Assembly (NCBI GenBank): GCA_965219095.1
Contig: CBDCMT010000001.1
Coordinates: 2,080,001-2,144,000 of the forward strand
DNA length: 64,000 bases
Reading direction: 5' to 3'
Source of the DNA: Bdellovibrionales bacterium
GTDB taxonomy: Bacteria > Bdellovibrionota > Bdellovibrionia > Bdellovibrionales > UBA1609
Shown: positions 51,702-62,119 of the stretch, piece by piece
Numbering within the stretch: position 1 is the stretch's first letter
Layout of the letters: the number at the start of each line of letters is the position of its first letter
The notes under the pieces: generated by a model
The model's input: the letters and a program-made list of their open reading frames with translations, nothing else
Databases searched by the model: none
Told to the model about the DNA's origin: nothing
Program-made: the position numbers and the translations under genes

Positions 51702-54700
51702 GTGCGTATTTTGCTTTCTTTTTTTATAAAAAGACATCTCTTAGCTAACCTCATGCTAGCCCTTGCCTTTCTCTTTGGCATTATAAGTCTATGGAAAATC
51801 CCTCGCAACGTTTTTCCTCTTGTGAACTTTGATCTGATCAGTATATCCACTTCTCTACCAGGGGCATCTCCTGAACAAGTTGAGAAGCTTTTGCTTAATC
51901 CAATAGAAATTGCTTTAAATGGTATTGATGGGATCAAACAAATAAAAGCTTCTGCGGTAGAAAATTTTACTGTTGTTGTTATTGAAATCGATCCTGACAG
52001 CAATACAGAAAGGGTAAAGCAAGATGTACGAAATACCATAGAGGCTATCAATGACTTTCCTAAAGAAGCCACAGAACCTATTATTAATGAAATTGATGCA
52101 GAAACAAATCAACCCTTTTTAGAACTTTCCTTAGAGATGCCGGAAAGAAATGATAAGCTTTTTGAATTATCTCATTTTGCAAAAGAAGAACTTGAAAAAG
52201 TCAAAGACATACGATCAGTTAAAAAGGTAGGTTATCGTAATCCTGAAATCTATGTTTTAGTAGATTCTTTGAAGCTTTGGAATCAAAACATTTCCCTCAC
52301 ACAAATCAATCAAGCCATTCAATCTCAAAACATCTCCTTACCAGCAGGAAAAGCTTTAGACAAACGCAACACAGAGATTTTAGTGCGTACTCAAGGGGAG
52401 TACGAAAGTGAAAGCAATAAGGGAAGAGATGTACAAAGAACACTTCTATCAAGTGTTAAAAATACAATTATACGTTCTAATGATGCAGGTTATGCTGTTT
52501 CTCTAAAAGATGTTGCTCATGTTAGTATGGGGAGAAAAAAAGCCACACAGCTTAACCGCAGTAACGGAAATCCTGCCATTGACTTTGTAATATCAAAAAA
52601 ACTTCGATCTGATGCAATTACTGTAGCAGAAAATGTTAAAAAGAAAATTATCGATCTTAAAGATAAAATAGGAGAGGGTAGGATCTCTATTTTTAGAGAT
52701 CTATCTTTTTATATTAAAAGGCGACTTAAAATTTTAGAGCAGAACTTTTTCTTAGGTCTTATTCTTATTTTATTACTTCTATCTTTAGTTTTGCCATGGC
52801 AAGTTAGTACTGTTGTAGCTGCTGGAATCCCCATTGCCATCTTAGGTTCTATAACTATAGCCTATTTAATTGGTTTTACTTTAAATCTTATTAGCGTGCT
52901 AGGTCTTATTATTGTACTAGGTGTCATTGTAGATGATGCCATTGTTATAGGAGAAAATATCTGGAAAAAAGTTGAAGAGAATATGCCAATTGAAAAAGCA
53001 GCCCTTAAAGGCACTGAAGAAATGCTGTCTCCTGTAACAGCTTCTGTTATGACAACCATTTTAGCCTTTGTTCCTATGTTATTTATGTCAGGGATCATGG
53101 GAAAATTTGTTTTTGAAATACCTCTGATGGTGATCATTTGCCTTGTCCTTTCTTTAGCAGAAGTTTTCTTTTTAATGCCATCCCATTTTGTTTCGTGGTT
53201 AAGCCCTTTTTTAAAGGACGTCCACATTAAAATGAAAGAGAGGAAACGAACTTCTAAGAGAGAAAAGTTCTTTGAAAATTTTAGTGCAATCTATGAAAGG
53301 TGGGTTTCCTGGACTGTTCGTAAAAAATACATTTCTTTAGGAATTTTATGTTTATTTTTTACACTGACAGGTTTAATTGTATCTTGGAAAGGACGATTCG
53401 TTTTATTCCCTTCAGGAGGGGATGAAGTTTTCTATGTGTCTATAGAAACTCCTTCAGGGACACCTTTAAAGGAAACAGAAAGGCACGTTTTTTCTATTGA
53501 AAAAGAAATTTTGAAATTAAAGAATACGAATGAATTAGAAAGCATTAAAACTTCTGTAGGAAAACTTTGTTCTCGGAACTTTCATCAATCTAATAGAGGA
53601 GATGAATATGCTTGTATTAGAGTCAACTTAGTACAAAAACAAGAAAGAAATCGCAATCGCAAAGTGATCGAAGATCAGTTAAGAGAAAAAATTAAACTTA
53701 TGAAAGGTTTCACTAAAGTCACTGTGGAAAGTGCTAGAGAAGGGCCTCCTCAGGGTTCAGATATTTCCATTGAAATTTTAGGAAAAGATTTTACAGTTTT
53801 AAAAGAGATTTCTGATCGTATTTTAAAAAAAATCATCACCATGCCGGGAACTGTTGATGTAAGAAGCTCTTTTTCTAGCACAAAAGAGGAGTGGCGTATC
53901 ATCCCTGATAAGAGGAAGATGGCAATCAACGGCCTTACTGCCACTCAAATTGCCACTACTGTCAGAGCCTCTCTTGATGGGTTGACTCCCACATCTTTAC
54001 GTAACTTAGAAGAGGAGATCGATATAAGAGTCAAATTGAAAAGAAATGGAGCTGTAGATACTTTGCCTTGGCTCAAATCTCTAAAAATAGGAAATAGCTT
54101 AGGAAATATGATCTCTCTTAATTCTGTAGCCACATTTGAAAAACAACAAACTATCAGATCAATAACCCATTTAAATGGAAAACGTTCTATCAATATATCT
54201 GGATCCATTGATGAAAATACTATTGTTAAAGGAAAAAAACTAACTCCTTTAAGTTTTATTCAACAAATTTCTCCCTTTATAGACAAAGTTTTAAAAGAAA
54301 AATCTAATGAAGGAAAATATGGTTATGAAGTGTCTTATTCAGGAGAAAGTCAGGACACACAAGAATCAATGAAAACACTTATGTCTTCTTTTATCTTTGC
54401 CTTTATAGGTATTTTCTTTCTTCTTGTGTTAACATTTCACAATTTTATTCAACCTTTTTTAATTTTAATGTCTGTTCCTCTAGGTCTTGCAGGAGTTGCT
54501 TGGGCTCTCATTTTTCATGGGAAACCTTTAAGCTTTATGTCAGGGATGGGAGTGATTGCACTTTCGGGAGTCATTGTCAATAACGCCATCATGCTCATTG
54601 ATTTTGTAAATTCAGGAAGAAAGAAAGGCTTGAGTCTGGAAGATTCTATTATTTCAGCAGCCAAAAGACGATTACGCCCCATCCTTCTTACAACTCTCAC

Positions 54701-54950
54701 CACAGTAGTAGGACTTATGCCTACTATCTATGGAGAAGCTATTGTTGCTCTTACAGGAGGAGTCTTTGGAGGTTATGATCCCTTTATTGTGCCGTTAGCA
54801 TTGGCACTAGGTTGGGGCCTTGCCATAGGAGTGTGTTTGACTGTGACTTTCTTCCCCCCACTCATTGCCATTGTTGATGATTTAAGATTCTATTCGAAAA
54901 CATTTTTCAAAAAAATATTTTATTTCATAAGAAAACATATTTTAAAATGA
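51702..54950 (+). CDS. AcrB/AcrD/AcrF-family RND efflux permease
   Basis: PGASPEQVE, GVIVDDAIVIGENI, GVIVNNAI and RLRPILLTTLTT motifs. Confidence 0.95.
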   Translation: MRILLSFFIKRHLLANLMLALAFLFGIISLWKIPRNVFPLVNFDLISISTSLPGASPEQVEKLLLNPIEIALNGIDGIKQIKASAVENFTVVVIEIDPDSNTERVKQDVRNTIEAINDFPKEATEPIINEIDAETNQPFLELSLEMPERNDKLFELSHFAKEELEKVKDIRSVKKVGYRNPEIYVLVDSLKLWNQNISLTQINQAIQSQNISLPAGKALDKRNTEILVRTQGEYESESNKGRDVQRTLLSSVKNTIIRSNDAGYAVSLKDVAHVSMGRKKATQLNRSNGNPAIDFVISKKLRSDAITVAENVKKKIIDLKDKIGEGRISIFRDLSFYIKRRLKILEQNFFLGLILILLLLSLVLPWQVSTVVAAGIPIAILGSITIAYLIGFTLNLISVLGLIIVLGVIVDDAIVIGENIWKKVEENMPIEKAALKGTEEMLSPVTASVMTTILAFVPMLFMSGIMGKFVFEIPLMVIICLVLSLAEVFFLMPSHFVSWLSPFLKDVHIKMKERKRTSKREKFFENFSAIYERWVSWTVRKKYISLGILCLFFTLTGLIVSWKGRFVLFPSGGDEVFYVSIETPSGTPLKETERHVFSIEKEILKLKNTNELESIKTSVGKLCSRNFHQSNRGDEYACIRVNLVQKQERNRNRKVIEDQLREKIKLMKGFTKVTVESAREGPPQGSDISIEILGKDFTVLKEISDRILKKIITMPGTVDVRSSFSSTKEEWRIIPDKRKMAINGLTATQIATTVRASLDGLTPTSLRNLEEEIDIRVKLKRNGAVDTLPWLKSLKIGNSLGNMISLNSVATFEKQQTIRSITHLNGKRSINISGSIDENTIVKGKKLTPLSFIQQISPFIDKVLKEKSNEGKYGYEVSYSGESQDTQESMKTLMSSFIFAFIGIFFLLVLTFHNFIQPFLILMSVPLGLAGVAWALIFHGKPLSFMSGMGVIALSGVIVNNAIMLIDFVNSGRKKGLSLEDSIISAAKRRLRPILLTTLTTVVGLMPTIYGEAIVALTGGVFGGYDPFIVPLALALGWGLAIGVCLTVTFFPPLIAIVDDLRFYSKTFFKKIFYFIRKHILK

Positions 54951-55010
54951 AAATCAGTTACACAATTTAATTTATAGGCTCACAATACAGTTTTCTGACT
55001 TTATTTTTTC

Positions 55011-55058
55011 GCCTCCTCAAAAGAACCTCCGGGAACCCATAGATTCTTTTGAGGAGGC
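55011..55058. mobile_element. 48-bp ISL3 mini-element (two right ends)
   Basis: gcctcctcaaaagaa-18 nt-ttcttttgaggaggc; perfect 15-bp IR. Confidence 0.8.
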
Positions 55059-55195
55059 ACTTAAAATTAAAAGGATCAAATGTCACATCTATCAATAATC
55101 GAAACTATTAACTTTTCTTGAGGAAATTTAAAAAGCTTAGGGTGTGTCCTCATTTGCCTAGACCTTTTTCAAGACCTTAGGCGTATTGAATATCT

Positions 55196-55316
55196 GTAAG
55201 TCGGTTTCTTAACAGCCCTTGACTTCTGTGGGGAGGATGTTTCTTAGATTTTAAAAGGGTTTTTTTGAAAGAAGTGTAGTCAGTATAAGTTAGGAGCGGT
55301 TTAAAAACCGAGTTAC
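55196..55316 (+). mobile_element. IS66-derived MITE, intact (121 bp)
   Basis: gtaagtcggttt ... aaaccgagttac; 8-bp TSD gaatatct. Confidence 0.9.
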
Positions 55317-55375
55317 GAATATCTATAAAGATTGTAAAAAGCTCATAACAAAGGGAGGTGTTATGTTAAGAAAAG

Positions 55376-56908
55376 GTAACTGCTCACCTACATTGTTCAG
55401 TTATCCTTAACTTTAGACCTGTTTTAAGATAAAAGTCTTGCTCTTACAGATTTTCTTTTAAATACTCTTTTCAAATGACAATAAATAAGACCTCCATCAG
55501 AAATGAGATTAAAAATATAAGAAGTGACTTTGATAAGTTTGCAAAGAAAGGTTCTGTGCCTACTGAGATTTCTGTGATTGTTGAATCTCTCTTTAAGGTT
55601 GTGAACATTCTGATTGTTGTGCTTTTAGAAAAACAGGTTCGAAAAAATTCCAGCAACAGCGGTCTTCCTCCTTCGCAAGATTTTAGTCGTCAAGGGAATC
55701 GTAATAAGAAAGCTAGTGGGAGTCAGAAAAAGGGCTCTAGACTTGATAACAGTAAAGATACAAAACAGCGAGGAGACTGTCTTTCCCTCAGAGTGTTCTC
55801 AGTGTGGGATGTTTTTAAAGACAGCAGAGGTAAAAAGCCTTGAGAAGCGTAAAAAGATTGATATTTTTTATGAAATTCAGACCCATACTGTAACTTCTGA
55901 AGTTAAGGATTGTCCCTCATGTGGAGCTAGAAATAAAGGTCAATTCCCTAAAGGTATGAGTGGTCCTCTTCAGTATGGTGTAGGCATTAGAGCTTCCATC
56001 ATCAATTTCATTATAGTTCAGATGCTGTCTTTTCAACGTGTTGGGGAACATTACATGGGGCTTATAGGTCGAATGATTTCTCCTGCAGTTATGTTGAGAT
56101 ACATTGCTGAATTAGGAGAGTTTCTTAAAAGTTGGGAAGAGCAGATGAAAGAAAAGATACTTGAATCAGAGGTCATTCATGTTGATGAGACCTCTATGAG
56201 GGTTAAGGGTAAAAACTACTGGATTCATACTTATAGTTCAGGAGAATTAGTCTTGCAGTTTCTCCACCTTTCAGGTGGAAGGGAAGCCATAAAAGATATT
56301 GGTCTCTTGGATAGATATGGAGGAGTGCTTGTGCATGATTGTTGGAGTCCTTACTTTTGTTATGATAAGATAACTCATGCTTTGTGTGTGGCTCACCTTT
56401 TGAGAGAGCTTAAATTTATAGAAGAAAGCAATGGATTCAAATGGGCTATAAATCTCAAAAAACTTCTTAAAGAGACTGTGGAGTTAGTTCATAAAAAAGA
56501 GTCAAGAGTTCTGACTCAAAAAGAGTACGAAACTCTTCAGAGAAGGTATAGGAGTATTCTTACAAAAGGCTTAAAAGAGCTTCCAGAATTTCCTAAGAAA
56601 AATGGCAAGAAAGGACGAATAAAGCATACACAAGCTCAAAACCTTTGGCTGCGATTTAAAAAGTATGAAGCAGAAATACTGTGTTTTGCTAAAAGAAAGA
56701 ACGTAGATCCTACTAATAACAGAGCTGAAAGAGATCTAAGAATGACTAAAGTGAAAAAGAAAGTGTCAGGGTGTTTCAGAACAGAAGAAATGGCGAAATA
56801 TTTTTGTCGTATTACCAGCTATGTTAAAACAATGAGAAATAGAGGGTATTCTTCTTTAGAAGCCATCTCTATGGCTTTAAATAAAAACTTACGAGAGTGA
56901 GCAGTTAC
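55376..56908 (+). mobile_element. Single-ORF IS66 (MTINKTS type), frameshifted
   Basis: IRs; TSD aagaaaag; ORF split 55475-55843 / 55716-56900 by an extra A near 55762. Confidence 0.93.
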
Positions 56909-57085
56909 AAGAAAAGTTTTAACAGATTCTATGTGGAAGGATCTGGAAGCTATTATAAGAGAGAAAGGCTGTTATCATTCAGCAAACAATAGAAATGTTA
57001 TGGAAGCAATTTTATGGAAATTACGCACAGGCAGTCCGTAGCATGATATTCCTGAACAGTTCTGTCCTTGGAAGACAGCATATAA

Positions 57086-58499
57086 TACCAATTACAGAAA
57101 TTAATTCGACATTTTCATGTTCAAATTTAAAATTTTAAAATTGACTTAAGGAAAAGTTTCAGTTAGGAGGTTTTAAAAAAACTTCTTTTAAGGTGAGTTT
57201 AAGTTTTCATAAGATAAGTTTATTTCAGGTATATCTATTTGTTGTGTAAATCGATTGATGGGTTAAAATAAGTGTAAAAAAGTGAGGGTAAAATTTAAAA
57301 TGACAAAAATCAGTTACACAATTTAATTTATAGGTTCAAATTAATTTACAAGCTTGATTCATCTTGTTGTTTTGTCCAAGATCGAGTGCATAATTTTTTA
57401 ATCCTGCCCTCCTGATCGCAAAAAGTATTCCAGGCCTCACAACAAGTATTCACTATATGGTCATAGTTTTTAAAACATGCATTCGATAATTTGATCCTTC
57501 GTAATTGTTGCCAGACTTGTTCCATGGGATTTAATTCTGGACTATAAGGAGGTAAAGGCATCAGGGATAAATTCTTAGGAACTATCAAAGTCTCTGTGGT
57601 ATGCCAACTGGCTCTGTCCATTAAAACAATTCCATGATAGTTTTCTTGAATATTTTTAGATATCTCATCTAAGTGAATTTGCATCATCCCTGAATTACAT
57701 TCCGGTAAAATCCAAGCACAGCCTTTATCTTTATCCGGACAAACTGCTCCAAAAATATAAGTGGATAAAAATTGTCTTTGTCTCACAACTCTAGGCCGTG
57801 TGCCTTTTCTTGCCCAAATCCTGCTCAAAGAACCTTGCTGAGCTTATTCTGCATTCATCCTGCCACCAAATCTCTATTTTATGAGTCTGAATCTTTTCTT
57901 TTATTTTCTCCACCTCTTCTGGAAAATGTTCCTTAAACTGTTCCATAGCTTCTTAATGAACTTTTAGGATGAAGAGAACGACCACTGATCCATACAATAT
58001 TAAGGCGGTCTAAAGAAACATAAACCCCAGAAAGAGAATAGCAACAGTTAAATTCATCTGCTAAAAGTTTCTGTATTTCCTTTGCTCCTATGCTTCCTCC
58101 CTCTCTTTTGTCTTGAATTTCATCTAACTTGATTTTGAAGTTCTCTTCTTCTGTCACTGGCAAACGAGGCTTGCGTCCTCTGCCTTCTCGATCTATCAAT
58201 CCCTCGTAATCAAAGTCTACAAAAAAAGACTGTAACCAGGATTTGATACTGTGACGGTGATACAAAACCATACCTGCTGTTTCTTGAATCGATTTTCCTT
58301 CTTGCATATGCTGCAAAGCCAATAATTTTGTCTTGATGTTGGCACTTCTTTCTACTTTGTAAGTAGCTAGAAAATTATACCCTTGAATCTGTGTAACTAA
58401 ATCTTTTTTCGACATGACTCTAAAAATTTAACAGAGTTTTATCAAAAAGCCAGGACGCAATACGTTAAAAAAATGTCGAATTAATTTTTGGAAATGGTA
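57086..58499 (-). mobile_element. IS630 type A, frameshifted copy
   Basis: IRs; 3-bp TSD taa. Confidence 0.92.
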
Positions 58500-58513
58500 T
58501 AATCGCTTTAATA

Positions 58514-59555
58514 ACCCGAGTTTCGACTTTTTTCAGGGCTAAAGGCTAGCTAATATAAACAAATACCTCAGACTTTTGTAAGATTTTCTTGAAAAAGCAA
58601 CTTACAAGAAAAAACACCTTGAGAGTTATAAAAAAACATACAAGGAGGTCTAAGATGTTTAATTCTAATTATATCATATCAATTTATGTTCTTGTCGATG
58701 ATTTTTTAACCCCTCTCATACAGCAGCATCCAGAACTGGTTCCCAAAAATAAAGGAGGTTTTTCTTGTGCTATGTCTCCCAGCGAAATTGTCACTCTTTA
58801 TCTTACTTTTCCAAAGTTCTGGCTTTAGGAATTTTAAAGCCTTTTACCAGTTTGCAAAAGTCTATCTTAAATCTTATTTTCCTAAAATGTTGTCTTACTC
58901 CCGATTTGTGAACATCAAAAAAGACATGGCTTTTTTGATGTTTCTTTTCTTGACAAGCCTTATGAGTAAAACCACCGGCATATCATTTATTGATTCCACA
59001 TCGATTTTTCTTCAAAAATAAAAGAATAGGACGAAATAAGGTGTTCTAAAAGTTAGCTAAAAAGAGGCAAAAGTAGTATGGACTGGTTCTTCGGATTTAA
59101 ACTCCATATTGTTATCAATCACCTAGGAGAACTTTTAAGTTTTACCTTAACTCCGGGAAATGTAGATGATCGAAAGCTAAGTTATGGATTTATAGTAAAG
59201 GGCTGATGGGAAAACTCTTTGGGGACAAAGGTTATATTTCATCAGACCTTTTCAAAAAGCTTTTAAAGAAGGGAGTTAAGCTTATTACAAACGTCAAATT
59301 AAATATGGAGAATAAATTGATTCCCTTATTTGACAAGTTGATGTTGAAAAAACGTTCTGTTGTGGAGGTCAGTGATTGGAGTGTTAAAAGGAGAGTTTCA
59401 TCTTGAGCATTCTCGCCATCGTAGCCCACAAAACTTTGTCATCAATCTTTTAGGTACTCTCATCTCTTACTTGCTTAAAACCTAAAAAACCCTCCATTCA
59501 ACTTAAAACTCAAAACAGGAGCTTCTGAACAATATATAAAAGTCGAAACTCGGGT
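58514..59555 (+). mobile_element. IS982-family IS, full length but multiply frameshifted
   Basis: IR acccgagtttcgactttt; TSD taata; SEIVT, SYSRF, IDST, GFKLH, GDKGY and KRSVVE motifs. Confidence 0.9.
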
Positions 59556-59594
59556 TAATAGGTGGGCACAAAAAGGGCTATGGAATGATTTTTT

Positions 59595-59642
59595 GCCTCC
59601 TCAAAAGAACCTCCGGGAACCCACAGATTCTTTTGAGGAGGC
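59595..59642. mobile_element. 48-bp ISL3 mini-element (two right ends)
   Basis: Differs from 55011-55058 at one position. Confidence 0.8.
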
Positions 59643-59778
59643 AATAAATTTAACATATGAGTATTAAAACATAAAAAAAAAATTAAATAAAATGACCTGG
59701 ATTAAAGGCTTGAAAATTGTGAAAAAAATTACTGGTCAGAACACTAGTAAGTGCAATTGGATTTTTAAGTTAGTGTTC

Positions 59779-60564
59779 TTATGATTTTCGTATTTTGATA
59801 AGATTTTTATGATTTGAAATCTTATTTTTCCTAAACCCCTTTTTCTGAAAAAAAATTTTCTGTATGTCTTTTCTAGAAAGAGTTTTTAATTTCCCTGGTT
59901 TTAACTTTCCTAAACGAAGATCTCCAATAGAAACTCTTTTTAGCTTTAAAACATGAAAATCGACTTTTTCAAACATCCTGCGAATTTGTTGGTTTCTACC
60001 TTCCGATATCACAACTTTCACCCAATCATTTCTTATACTATCTTCATATTTGACTTTTTGCACCTTCAAGACTCTTGCTTTTTTTCCAGATAAAGTAACT
60101 CCTCTTTCAAGTTTCCAGAGAGCGTTCCTATGAATATGGCCTCTTACTTTAACCATGTAGGTTTTAGGGATTTTGTATTTAGGATGTATAACTTTTTGAG
60201 AAAATTCTCCATCGTTAGTTAAGAGAATCAAACCCTCTGATTCCCAATCTAAACGTCCTATAGGAAACAGCCTTATAGGTATGTGGGATATAAAATCAAA
60301 AAGAGTAGGTCTCCCTTCTGGATCAGAAAGTGTAGAAAGAACTTTTTTAGGCTTATAAAAAGAAAAGTAAAAGAAATGCTTTTCGAGCTTTACTTGCTTT
60401 TTGTCACAAAAAACCTCATCTTTTAAAGGATCCACTTGATAACCTAAAGTAGTCATTTTTTTTCCATTGATTCGAATATGGCCCTCAGAAATTAACTTGT
60501 CAGCCTGACGTCTAGAGGCTACACCACTCATAGAAAGAAACTTATTAAGCCTTATTTTACTCAT
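59779..60564 (-). CDS. rluB: rRNA pseudouridine synthase (RsuA/RluB family)
   Basis: S4 domain RLNKFL..GVASRR; GRLD, GLILLTNDG and EGRN.QIRRM motifs. Confidence 0.85.
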   Translation of the reverse strand: MSKIRLNKFLSMSGVASRRQADKLISEGHIRINGKKMTTLGYQVDPLKDEVFCDKKQVKLEKHFFYFSFYKPKKVLSTLSDPEGRPTLFDFISHIPIRLFPIGRLDWESEGLILLTNDGEFSQKVIHPKYKIPKTYMVKVRGHIHRNALWKLERGVTLSGKKARVLKVQKVKYEDSIRNDWVKVVISEGRNQQIRRMFEKVDFHVLKLKRVSIGDLRLGKLKPGKLKTLSRKDIQKIFFQKKGFRKNKISNHKNLIKIRKS

Positions 60565-62119
60565 GATGCTTTAATACTTTTTTCAGCCTTTCAGAAAATT
60601 TATCTCCTGATTCAAAACCATTAAGAGTCAAGTTTTTAAGCCAAATTCCTTGAGAGGAATAAAATGTTACAAAAGGAAGTCCAAAAATTCCGTATTTTTT
60701 TCTTAAAATCTCAAGATCATCTGAGTTCTTTGTAGCATCAAATTTTAAAAATAAAAATTCATCCTTTAGAGCTTTGACCTTTTTATGAGTGAAAGTATAA
60801 ATATCAAGTTCCTTGCAAGCTGTACACCAGTTAGCCCAAAAATCAATCACAACAGGGCGGGATTCTTTAAAAGCAAGCTCTAAAGTCTCTTCACTGTAAG
60901 TTTGCCAAGGTAAAGATTCTTTAATATGATCTTTTTGATAATTTACAAAATAAGTGTTCAAGTAAGAGTAAAGAGGTTGAGAGTAAAACACAGAAAGCCC
61001 TAACATAGAAATCCCTAAAATCACCTTAAAGAATTGGGAAAAGCTCCCCATACGACTGATCTTATTGAGCTTATGACTAAAAGCTCCTAAAAACAAAAAA
61101 GGAAAACCTAAACCAAAAGCAAAGATAAGCAGACTTAAAAAGCCGTAGGACACATCTTGTGTTTGAGCCACATAAGCTAAAAGAGCAAATAAAACAGGTC
61201 CCACACAAGGGCTTGCTATAAGTGCCGCTAAACCTCCTAATATAAAAGCTCCTTTAAAACTTTTCACCGAGCGAGGTTTTGAAAGGAATGTTTCGAAAGG
61301 TGTAATCCATGGCAAAACGCCTAATATAGATAAGCCTAAAAATAAAAACACAAACGTTAGAATAGAAGAAAACCATAAAGTTCCTAAAAAACTTCCAAAA
61401 ATTTGACCTGTAAGAGCAGAAACTAAGCCTATAAGAGAATAGATCACAGCTAAGCCTAAAACGTAACAAAAACTCATAATAAAGGGGTGTTTTAAACTGT
61501 TTCTAAAAGCAGAAACCGTGATAGGAACTAAAGGTAAAACACAAGGTGTAAAACTTGTGAAAAGCCCTGCTAAAAAAACATACAAAATTACAAAAAATAA
61601 ATTTTTTCTCTTCTCAAAAGGGAAGGTTGTTTGATTTAGGATCTTACTATGCTTTTGAGTGATAAGAGGTATTTCTAAATTAATGGTTTGGGGAAATAGA
61701 CAATATCTATTTGTACAGGCTTGATAACTAAGTCCCAACTTAAGGGGAACTTTCCCTTTGTTTATATCATGAGGTAATTTTATTGAAGTTCTTAATTTAT
61801 GATAACCAGAGCCTAAGCCTATTCTTGTTTTTTTAGAGTTGGGATCATAAAATTTAACTTTTGAATCCACTCTTAGCTTATCTACAAAAATATTTTCAGG
61901 ACTGATAAGTTTCAATACTAAAGTTTCTAGGTAGATATAGTGAGAAGGGGCTAGAGAGACCATAAGATGTAAATCTGCTTTATCCCCAGGACTTATAACA
62001 TCCTTATTTAAAGAATAACCCTTAAAAGATAGGGGTTTAGGATTTACCATAACATCATCTACAGCATAAAAATTTAACGTAAAAAAGAAACAAAGAAAGA
62101 AAAAACAAAAGTTTTTCAT
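60557..62119 (-). CDS. dsbD: Thiol:disulfide interchange protein DsbD
   Basis: YQAC....C..P, FTPCVLP, SPCVGP and DFWANWCTACKE motifs. Confidence 0.92.
   Translation of the reverse strand: MKNFCFFFLCFFFTLNFYAVDDVMVNPKPLSFKGYSLNKDVISPGDKADLHLMVSLAPSHYIYLETLVLKLISPENIFVDKLRVDSKVKFYDPNSKKTRIGLGSGYHKLRTSIKLPHDINKGKVPLKLGLSYQACTNRYCLFPQTINLEIPLITQKHSKILNQTTFPFEKRKNLFFVILYVFLAGLFTSFTPCVLPLVPITVSAFRNSLKHPFIMSFCYVLGLAVIYSLIGLVSALTGQIFGSFLGTLWFSSILTFVFLFLGLSILGVLPWITPFETFLSKPRSVKSFKGAFILGGLAALIASPCVGPVLFALLAYVAQTQDVSYGFLSLLIFAFGLGFPFLFLGAFSHKLNKISRMGSFSQFFKVILGISMLGLSVFYSQPLYSYLNTYFVNYQKDHIKESLPWQTYSEETLELAFKESRPVVIDFWANWCTACKELDIYTFTHKKVKALKDEFLFLKFDATKNSDDLEILRKKYGIFGLPFVTFYSSQGIWLKNLTLNGFESGDKFSERLKKVLKHHE

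Larger units (their letters stand above)
55140..59594 (+). mobile_element. IS5 (IS427-like) copy 3, split by four insertions and truncated
   Basis: Pieces 55140-55195, 55317-55375, 56909-57085, 58500-58513 and 59556-59594 rejoin to the left part of IS5. Confidence 0.88.
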
